DNA from: Octopus vulgaris
Taxonomy: Eukaryota
Reading direction: 5' to 3'
Length of the DNA stretch: 64,000 bases
Assembly: GCA_951406725.2 (NCBI GenBank)
Contig: OX597823.1
Span: 115,382,001-115,446,000, forward strand
Shown here: one piece after another, positions 54,016 through 64,000 of the stretch
How the letters are laid out: each line of letters starts with the position of its first letter
Position numbering within the stretch: the stretch's first letter is position 1
Program-made: the position numbers and the translations under genes
Notes under the pieces: model-generated
Database searches by the model: none
What the model was told of the DNA's origin: nothing
What the model saw: the letters and a program-made list of their open reading frames with translations, nothing else

Positions 54016-54424
54016 CTTCTTTCTCCCGTCATTTTTCTTTGTTTTTCTTTCGTAAAATATATTTCTGTTCATATTTTGAGTAAACGATTTTTAAGATTAT
54101 ACACGTAGGTGCCTGTGGACTTGGCAATTTAAAAAAAAAATTATAATAGTTGATATGATTCGGTTGGGGGGTTCTCTGTTAAGATTCTTTCTATTGAAGT
54201 ATCTGCAGACATGTTACGTGATTGTGACGTCATTCTAATATGGCGATGAAAATTGGAAATACTTGGCAAGTTGGAATTAATTATCGGATTCCTATACAAT
54301 AATCCTGCAAATGATTGTTTCGCGAAGAACCTAACGTTAAGTCTTATTTTAGAATAAAGACTACAAGAATACCAAAAAAACTGAAATTTAAAAAAAATTT
54401 ATCTAAAAAGAAAAACCAATTAAT

Positions 54425-54962
54425 CGTTTCTACTAAAGACACGTGGCCTGAAATTTGAGGTGAGTTGACTAGTCCATGACATCGACTTAGTGTTTCACTG
54501 GTACTTAATTTATCGACCCCGAAAGGATGAAAGCAAAGTCGACCTCGGCAGAATTTGGACTCAGAATGGGAAGACGGATGAAACACCTATTTCTTTATTA
54601 CCCACAAGGGGCTAAACACAGAGAGGACAAACAAACGGATTAAGTCGATTATATCGACCTCTATTGCGTAACTGGTACTTATTTAATCGACCCCGAAAGG
54701 ATGAAAAGCAAAGTCGACCTCGGCGGAATTTGAACTCAGAACGTAGCGGCAGACGAAATACCTATTTCTTTACTACCCACAAGGGGCTAAACAGAGAGGA
54801 GACAAACAAGGACAGACAAATGGATTAAGTTGATTATATCAACGACCCCAGTGCGTAACTGGTACTTATTTAATCGACCCCGAAAGGATGAAAAGCAAAG
54901 TCGACCTCGGCGGAATTTGAACTCAGAACATAAAGACAGACAAAATACCGGTAAGCATTTTG
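54425..54962 (-). mobile_element. Tandem array of three Nin/Deu-type SINE units
   Basis: Tail-to-internal-head junctions at about 54588 and 54763. Confidence 0.9.
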
Positions 54963-54965
54963 CAA

Positions 54966-56440
54966 ATTTTTTATTTCCCACAAGTGGACAACAAAGAGGG
55001 GACAGTACAATCTAATATGGGGTCAGATTTAACGTATGAATTAACACAAAGATTAATTTTAAAAATTTACCTAAATATAAATAGTTCGGATGATAATATG
55101 TACAAGACAACATTACAGAATGGAGTGGTGAGGCGGGATATGCTCGGACCCCACGATCCCCGCCTCACCACTGATCCTTTAGGTTTATCCTGCGTTGTAT
55201 TCATGCAGTTATACCCATACGCAACATTCGTGCGACATTCTTCCATCGATCTTGAAACATTTTCGCGGACAGGAATTTTCTCTCTAACCCTATTTTCCTT
55301 CTTATGTTGAAGGTGAAGAAATTCACCAAGCTAGGGCCAGAGATAAAAATGCTTGTTATTAACTCTTTCACTCGCGTCTTCCAAATCACCTCTCTCGCAA
55401 TTGCTACTACGATGAGAAAGCAATTCTTATCTTCTTTCGAAAGAAAATCCTGTGGGTCAATTTTTACTACCGACTCAGTCGATAGCTGTACTCTTTCTGT
55501 ACTTGGCAACAGTTGTTCGGCATTAACCCACACATCTGACACCTCCGAACACTGAACAAAAGCGTGCGGGACAGGGAAACTATCCCGACCACATCTTGGA
55601 CAGGTCGGTGGGCCAGGGCCCCCATGCCTCGCGAGCTTGTCCCGGACAGGTAAGACTCCTCGGTAACATTGCCATGCCAAACACTTCTGGAAGTTATCCA
55701 GTGTCTTCGGCCCGAATGTACGTTGGAACAGTTTGACCAGTCGATTCCTGGCGGGATCTCTTCTGTTGTGATCTTTGATGTGGCACCTGCCTAAGTATGT
55801 TGGTAGCAACACAATGTCTATGGTTCTCAAAGGTTGCACTGAGTGTGTTTCAGCCTTCTCTTCGCTCTTGAAATAAACTACTACAGTGGCAAAGCGTTTC
55901 CCTCTGGTCAGGTATTCTATGTCCTCCAGATCGGTTATAGGCATTTTTCTATTTCTTCTTTAGGTGCTTTGTCGAGTTTCTTTTCCTTTGTTATCAGAGT
56001 TTTAGATACGACAATTTTTTTTTCAGTTTCCTCTATGATTTCGTCGTATCCCTCCTTCGAAAACATGTTTGGGTGCTTCATTAGCACACTTCGATCTACA
56101 CATAATTTTTCTTTTTTTCCTCCAGCCGCAGATGCAAAATTTATCTTTTTTTTGGCGGTTCAACAAGTTTGCCTGCCGTCTGCATACTTAACATTTCACA
56201 GTTTTTTTCCTCTGCAGAGGAAGTATTCATTTTAAACAAAATTTAACAAAATTTGTGGAAAAACGCCACAAAAATGGAGAATCCCCCCCCTCACAGAGGG
56301 GAATAAAGTTCACACCGTCTGCCACACGCAGAGCGCTATTAATAACAACACAAGGAAAGAATTCAGCAACAACAATTTCAACACTAACCTACAAGCAAAA
56401 AAAAAAAAAAACCACCACAGAATTATTCACGAGTCACAAT
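54966..56440 (-). mobile_element. Internally deleted Tx1/L1-clade LINE (ORF1 N-terminus fused to ORF2 C-terminal zinc finger)
   Basis: ORF 55944-55201 ends with LAWQCYRGVLPVRDKLARHG...CPRC...HAFVQC...IWKTR (zf-RVT type); no EN or RT present; 3' UTR ends CTTGTGGGAAATAAAAAA. Confidence 0.8.
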
Positions 56441-56845
56441 AGCTATTTCTTTACTACCCACAAAGGGCTAAACACAGAGAGGACAGACAAACGGATAAAG
56501 TCGATTATATCGACCCCAGTGCGTAACTGGTACTTATTTAATCGACCCCGAAAGGATGAAAGGAAAAGTCGACCTCGGCGGAATTTGAACTCAGAACGTA
56601 GCGGCGGACGAAATACCTATTTCTTTATTGCCCACAAGGGGCTAAACATAGAGGAGACAAACATGGACAGACATAGGTATTAAGTCGATTATATCGACCC
56701 CAGTGCTTAACTGGTACTTAATTTATCGACCCCGAAAGGATGAAAGGCAAAGTCGACCTCGGCGGAATTTGAACTCACAACGTAACGGCAGACGAAATAC
56801 CGCTAAGCATTTCGCCCTGCGTGCTAACGATTCTGCCAGCTCGAA
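56441..56845 (-). mobile_element. Tandem pair of Nin/Deu-type SINE units
   Basis: Full head at about 56795-56843; junction at about 56617. Confidence 0.9.
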
Positions 56846-57139
56846 ACCTATACTTAAGGTGGAGAAACAACCTCTGATTAGCATAAAATAAATTTCACAG
56901 TGACATTAACCATGTGTCCGAGTTATGTCGTCAATAAATTGCGATCATGGCGTGGCTGTGTGGTTGCGAAGCTTGTTTCCCGAACACATCATCTTTAGTT
57001 CAGTCTCACTGCGCAGCACCTTGGGCAAGTGTCTTCTACTAGAGCCCCTGGCCGACCAAAGCCTTGCGAGTGGATTTAATAGACATAAACTGGAAGAAGC
57101 TCGTCGCATATGTATGTGTGTGTGTGTATGTATGTATGG

Positions 57140-58499
57140 GGAAGGTGGTGTAAACTGCTGGTTTGCTCACCCAAGATGACGCCAAAACTACAGGAGTCTT
57201 AAGGAGAAATACTTTCCAGAGGAAAGGCACCAATCGCCTCCACAGAAAAAATAGGCAAAAGCAGTGCGCTCTTCAGATGTTATGCGCAAGGCAGCAGCTG
57301 AGCAGGAGTCCTTTTTGTGCATGCCGCAAAAGATTGTACAGCAGCTGACCTGGTTACATCAAGCGCAAACAAGGAACCTTGCCCACCATTGCACAAAACC
57401 ACCACAATTAACAAACACGGGATAGCCTCCCCTAACGCCAGCACTGTCGTCACATCAATATTTTTACTAAATATTAAGCGGGGGCCTGTTGCATCATAAC
57501 AACAAAAGCAAAACTTTTTCCTGAGAGACCTAGCTGCATGCAATCAAGCCCTACACATAGCACTCGTAGAAACTCATCTAAGCCCTGATATAGAGGATGC
57601 AGAAATACACGTACCAAAATATACCATACTGCGAGCAGACAGAAGGGAAAGTTTGCCATGGTGGAGTTGTTGTATACATCCGTCATGACCTCACATCACA
57701 GGGCTTACTGTCATACTCAAATTCTGTATGTGAATCTCTAATTGTATACATAAGACAACATAATATAGTCACATGCAATACAAATCGCCCACCGGATGCT
57801 CCAAACCACATAGGCAAGTTTGAAGATTGCCTCACAAGAATTAAAGAAATCCTCATGAAACTGGAACATCACGTGAGCGTATTTCTTATGAGTGATTTCA
57901 ACTTCCCCAATGTCAAATGGCACGAAGGCCTCATACTCTCAGGAATGACTCATTGCAAGCAAGCGCAGGTGGAGCCTCTGCTCAACCTCACCAATGCCCT
58001 ATTCATGGAGCAAGTTATACTCAGACCAGCTAGGGCGAATAACATTTTGGATCTCTGCTTCACAAACAATATGGACATCGTTCATGATGTGAAAGTAACG
58101 CCGACATTAGTCTCGGATCACAACATAATAGAGCTGTCTATGTATGGAGACATACAACCTAAAGGAGGCACCCAAAATCTCTCCAATCTGAACTTCCACA
58201 AAGCAGACGGGAAATCGATCCAAAAAGAGATCCTCAGACAGACCTGGCCGAAATGTATCTCCACACCAGACATTGGCATGAAACTAGAATATTTCATGTC
58301 TGTAATGCAAACCATATGCCAGAAATATGTCCCAGAGCACAAGGCCAACACAAAAAGGAATAAGATTGTAAGGGAGAGGAAGATCCTCATGAGATGACGG
58401 ACAAAGGTTGTAAATCGCCTCAACCAACATTCTAAAAGTAGCGAAAGTTCCCGCCTAAAAACAACACTGGTGGAGATTGAAAAAAGCCTGCAACAATCC
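57140..58499 (+). mobile_element. CR1-clade LINE 5' part (ORF1 remnant plus APE endonuclease), nested within a split SINE
   Basis: HGGVVVYIR, NRPPD, SDFNFPNVKW, NILDLCFTN, SDHNII; SINE head at 56948-57135 and SINE tail at 58500-58660. Confidence 0.9.
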
Positions 58500-61400
58500 T
58501 AAGTTACATTCCCGTAACTTAGAGGTTCGGCAAAAAAGAACGATAGAAAAAGTACCGGGCTTTAAAAAAGTATTAGGTTGAATTTCTTCGACTGAACCCT
58601 TCAAGGTAGTGCCCCAGCATGGCCGCAGTCCAATGACTGAAACCATCACAAGATAAGATAAAAGCTGCATAGTTCGGAATTAGCCATTTGTTACAGGATT
58701 CAAAAGTAAGATAGCAATAAGACATCTTAAATAATAAGTGAAAGGTCAGAAGTCGAAGAAATAAATGATGCAAGCTCAAAATCTCCGCAACTATATATAT
58801 ATATAATACATCATGTATGGAAGGATTACACACAGCAGCGTATGTTCAATCTATTATTGGTAAACAGATAATTATTAATTCAGCGTAATGCAGTTTCGGA
58901 ATAACCACTTTATCTGATGCCTACAATTAATAACTAATTCGTTTCGCTCATTAAGTAGATGCCGATTATCAGCCCATAAGAATGGCAAGTGCATTACGTA
59001 AGCATAATCGATCACCTTTGATCTGTTCCTTGGTAAGGTTTGTCAGAATCAATAACTGACCAGTGCAATTTGAACTCAACCCCTTTGACTTCAAGCTACG
59101 AATGTATATAACGGTGATGCGGGGAAAGTGCAGTCTTTTTGCATACTTGCTGTCTTTGCAATCATAAAATTAAATACCAAAGACAGATATTCTATCAATA
59201 AAAGCATCTTTAAACTAAAAAATTGAAAATGTATATATATGTTTGGCATATTAATAAAGGTCTAGAGTACAGTACTTTTCTTAGATTTAATGTTAATATT
59301 GAACGATTTTTGTATTTCCTCTTAGCTTATTATATTGCGGTTAGGAAACGAATGTAGAGTGAGCTCTTTTTAGGCGGCGAGCTGGCAGAAACGTTAGCAC
59401 GCCGGGCGATATGCTTAGTATTTCGTCTGCCGCTACGTTCTGAGTTCAAATACCGCCGAGGTCGACTTTACCTTTCATCCTTCCGGGGTCGATTAAATAA
59501 GTACCAGTTACGCACTGGGGTCGATATAATCGACTTAATCCGTTTGTTTGTCCTTGTTTGTCCTCTCTGTGTTTAGCCCCTTGTGGGCAATAAAGAAATA
59601 AGATTGAGCTTTTGTTTTAATGTATGTGTGTGTGGAGACGCAATGGCCCAATGGTTAGGGCAGCGGACTCGCGGTCGTAGGATCGCGGTTTCGATTCCCA
59701 GACCGGGCGTTGCGAGTGTTTATTGAGCGAAAACACCCAAAAGCTCCACGAGGCTCCGGCAGGGGGTGGTGGAGATCCCTGCTGTACACTTTCGCCACAA
59801 CTTTCTCTCACTCTTTCTTCTATTGGCCTGCTCGCTTAGCCAGCGGGGTGGCGTCATTTGAAGGCCAAAACAATGCGAAGCGCATTGTGACCAGTGATGT
59901 GTAGCAACATCTGATAGCCTGGTCGGTCACGGTGATAATAGTATTGACAGTGACTTCGAAGTCCCGGTCAGCTAAGCCATCATTGGGCTAACAGATAATG
60001 GTTTAGCTGACTGAAACTCGTTCGACTAAACCGTTTAAGGTAGTGCAGGGGCTTAGTCAAACAAATTGACCTCAGTACTTATTTTTTTTATGCCCGGTAC
60101 ATTTTAACGGTTTCTTTAGCTGAACCGCTAAGTTACGGGGGGTGTAAACAAACCAACCTGTCGTTAGACTGACGCCAGTTGGACACTAGTCAGTGAAATT
60201 GACTTACTCCTCCTCTAAAATCGTTGGTCTTGTGCCAAATCTTTAACCCGTTATTTGTACATGCTTCATTTATTGTGTACGATTTAATAATTCTATGGTT
60301 ATACGTAAATTGTTGCTCTGTTGTTCTTTATTATATATAAAAATTTCTGTTAGATCTCGCCAGCAAGTATATAACCGTTATTTATATAATTTTTTCTGCG
60401 TAAATTCGTCTGTTAGCGGAGGCATATGGCCTAGTGGTTAGAACAGCGGATTTGTGGTTGAGGGTTTGCGGGTTCAAATCTCAGACCGGGCGATGTGTGT
60501 TTTTATGTGCGAAACACCTAAGCCCCATTCGGCTCCAGCAGAAGGTAATGGCGAAATTCTGCTGGCTCTTTCACCACAAATTTCTCTCACTCTTTCCTCC
60601 TGCATCTAGCAGCTCAACTGCGATGGACCGAGCAGTGAATTTTTTTTCCCACGAGAGTTCCGGATCCCAGTTATGAACTCATTTGCGTACAACCAATCAG
60701 AGCTCAACCATCAAATTAGTGTCCACCTAGTTACGAAAATACTCTGGTTGAGTTCAGTGGAAAATGTGCGTTATAGCAAAATCTAATTGTCCTAAACGGG
60801 TTAATAGGAGTGACAAATGTGAAATTTAGTGTATAAAGTGAATGGAGAGCTGCTCACCGATGATGCCATAAGTGTTGCCAATTTGCGTAATTTACTAGAA
60901 AATGTAAATGAGAGTAGTTTCCTAATTTTTTTTACTGATTTTGTACATTCCTAATTTAAAATGTTGATCTGGAAACATCGCAATCAATATGGCGATGTGT
61001 CGTATTGCACCCTCCTTGCTTATATCAATGGGTTCATGCAGTATCCCTAATCTCAGTCTGAGCATAGGGACCTAATGTTAGCTCCATATAGAAATGGTGT
61101 TCAATTGATCTATGAGGATGATGGAGGAGGGGGAATGTGGTGCTTATTGCAGCGGTCTTTCAGTTTTTCTAGGCCCTGTAAATAAATTTGGACGGTTGGG
61201 CCTCCTACCTGGCTTTTTACGTTACCTTTAAAGCCAAGAACTTTTAAGCACCCTCCCGTATGTATGAATGTACATATATATAATTCTGGGACCTTTTCGG
61301 TTTGAACGGCAGTTTTTAACATAATTTCTAGGTAACTAAAAAATTTTAAACTTTGTATACTGCTAGAATGTGTTTATAAAACATCTTTTTCTATTGGCTT

Positions 61401-61675
61401 TATTGAGAAAATTCTATAGTTTGTAAGATATTTGTTGTTTTTTTTATATTTGGCGCATGGTGCGGGTGAGGATGTGCACGTTTGAAGTGAGGGTGGATGA
61501 GTGTATACTTTAAGGCGCATGGCGGCGTGGATTTCCACCTCGGCATCCGAAACTCGGAGTTTTATCATCCCTACTGAATAATTGTCACATATTAATTTTA
61601 CAAATAAATTCCTCTATTTACATAATATCAAGGTCTCTTTCATTCTTTTGTTGTCTTACCATTTCTATCAATATA

Positions 61676-61709
<34 letters not shown>

Positions 61710-61712
<3 letters not shown>

Positions 61713-61967
61713 TAAAAATATATATAAAAATACAAAATGGGACAAGAACGCAAAACATTCAAATAGACGACACAAAAAACGGACGAGTCATTCGAAGCCT
61801 CTAATCTTCAGTCAAGAACCGGATCATCCTCGCAATTTCGGCTGTTTAATCTTGAGATCGCTCCGATCCGGCCAGGCCCAAGGAAAAACTAAGCTACGAG
61901 CATTAGATTTCTTGGAAAAAGGATCGAATGTATACGGAACAAGGACAGAAAAACGGACGATGCCACA
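61710..61967 (-). mobile_element. PLE-like end (family B) carrying a rearranged hammerhead
   Basis: Related to 4290-4402 and 26500-26600; abuts (TA)n. PLE assignment is inferred from context and ribozyme content. Confidence 0.6.
61805..61879 (-). ncRNA. Putative hammerhead ribozyme with non-circularly permuted topology and kink-turn
   Basis: CUGAAGA, GAAA and AUC cleavage triplet, each flanked by the correct helices; see findings. Confidence 0.7.
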
Positions 61968-62400
61968 TGAAAATTTTGCGTAATGAGATAAAAACAAAAA
62001 CGAGGCTGTATAGATATTAGAGCATTTATAGATGGAAGGTCTTACAGCTGTTTCTAGGATATTAATTAATGATAAATAATATCCCTTCATCTGAGACGGT
62101 GTGAGAGGAAAAATTAAGTCGTAGTTAGTTTCGATGTGATACAAAATAGAGAGTGAGGTGGAGGAAAGAAAATAGATGCAAGATATGTATGGGTATTGAA
62201 GTTGCAAATCCGTTTTCTAGGCATAATGGTATATATGTATATTATTTGAATATCCTTTGAGTAAAATCCAAAAGTCCAACAGAGTTTAACATGAGTCCAT
62301 CCAAATGTAAAGTTTATAAGCAATGTAAGATTCTCTTAAAGTTGGTAATTCCAAGTAGGGAATTTATATAGAATGTAGCAGATTCAAGGTTTGTGTTTAA
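61968..62400 (-). mobile_element. PLE-like terminal repeat (family A) with minimal type I hammerhead motif
   Basis: GTCT-CAGATGA-helix II-GAAAC-AGCT-GTA-AGAC at 62097-62039; homologous to 25490-25920. Confidence 0.7.
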
Positions 62401-64000
62401 ACTGTATATATATATATATATATATATACGTATATATATGTGTGTGTGTGTGTGTGTTAAAGAAGGTTGTCTGATTGTTGTGTAAGGCTGGAACAATGTG
62501 AGAAAGTACAAAGTAAACTACTAAAGAAAAGGTAAAGAGAACGAAACAGAGTTGCAGTTTTACCTTGTATATTTCTATATCTCGGGGTGAAGTCCACACT
62601 GGTCAAATCCTCGAGGAAAATTCTGTCGAGAAAAATACCCCAGAGATCACCGTGAGGTACACACTCACCAACTGCCTCATCCGTCGCAGAATTACACATT
62701 TTTGCCAGCTGAATGGACTGAAGCAATGTGAAATATAGTGTTTTGCTCAAGAACACAAAGTATCCCCCAGGTCCAGAAATCGAAACCACTCTCTGAGGAT
62801 CATGAGTTCAACACTCTAACCACTAAGCCACGCGCCTGCGCTATGTATATGTACACCCGCACAAATATCCTAAGCCTTTTGTGGATGAAAGTACTCGTTA
62901 TTAGTGTAGGTTAATCATTTAATGAAAAAAAATTAACAATATTTAAAAGGGTTAAAATCACTAAAAAATCTTTTTAAAATGTATTGACTGTAAAATACGA
63001 AATAACATTTTTAAAGAGAAATTCTCCTTGTTCTTGCACTAGAAAATATTTTAACCGGTTGTAAATAACTTCGATGAGCAATCAGAACTCTTTCAAAGCT
63101 TTGATGTTATTGATGTCTTGAAGAACTTTTTCTTTTAAAGAAATTGTAATTTCGAAGAAGTATTCGCTTGATAGTCAGACATATGAAATACGATCCTCAA
63201 TAAATGATTTTTGTCATATCTTTACTTTTATGATCAACTTTGTTGTACAATATTTCTTTCCTGCTAATACATACATGCATGCATGCATGCATGCATACAT
63301 ACATACATACATACATACATACATACATACGTGTATGCATGTGTGCGTGCGTATATGTGGGATCGTAATTTAGCGGTTCGGCAAAAGAGACCGATATAAT
63401 AAGTACTAGGCTCACAAAGAATAAGTCCTTGGGTCGATTTGCTCAACTAAAGGCGGTACTCCAGCATGGTCGCAGTCAAATGACTGAAACAAGTAAAAGA
63501 GTATTTATTTAGTTATCTGTGGGCTCAAAAAAGACCTCACTTTTGGTGGTATGGCAAGTGGTTTGATTAGATGACTTAAAGCATTCAATCGGCACGAACT
63601 GGTATGGTCATATGACCACTTGTAGAAAACAGGCTAAATTCGCCGATTGCCAACTGTTTAAGTCTAGGCAGCCAAATAATAAACATAGCATCTGCTACAA
63701 GGGCAATAATGACGAAAAACCGTAATCAATTTTCAAACCTTAAGTGAGTTCCCATCGGGGGTATCTACCCGACTTAACCTATCCCAGAGAAACAAGCCGT
63801 CAAAGTGTTTTCAAATAATGACTGCCATAGATAACTTTACGTTTTCATTTGCTCGCTTTTCCTGTTCCTTTGTCGTGTATTTAATCTCTGTATTTATATA
63901 TAAATAATAAATGCGCCCTTTTAAAGCCTAGCCAGGCTCATGGGCCCGGTTTCCCGGTTTCTATGGCGTGTGTTTCCCAGATGGACGGGACGCCAGTCTA

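Overview
AT-rich animal genomic DNA, most likely an octopus/coleoid cephalopod (inferred from the SINE families and dense (TA)n/(CA)n microsatellites). It is largely transposon debris: CR1, RTE, Tx1/L1-type and R4/NeSL-type LINE fragments, Penelope-like element (PLE) ends, several tRNA-derived SINE families, Helitron/Helentron non-autonomous elements, mariner/hAT/piggyBac-type relics and foldback MITEs. Most ORFs in the track are microsatellite artefacts, and no intact host protein-coding gene is recognisable. A promoter-like, CpG-retaining zone at about 37.3-37.85 kb (ZNF143/Staf, YY1 and RFX X-box motifs, ATG plus splice donor) probably starts a spliced + strand transcript ending near 54.0 kb. 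The most notable signal is a complete hammerhead-ribozyme core at 61805-61879 (- strand) with a non-standard strand order that a canonical kink-turn would close. Several minimal PLE hammerheads with variant cores are also present, and one SINE recurrently inserts at a fixed site in its own head next to a Tx1-type LINE sharing its 3' end. All structural and mechanistic claims come from reading the sequence by eye; none were computed or searched.
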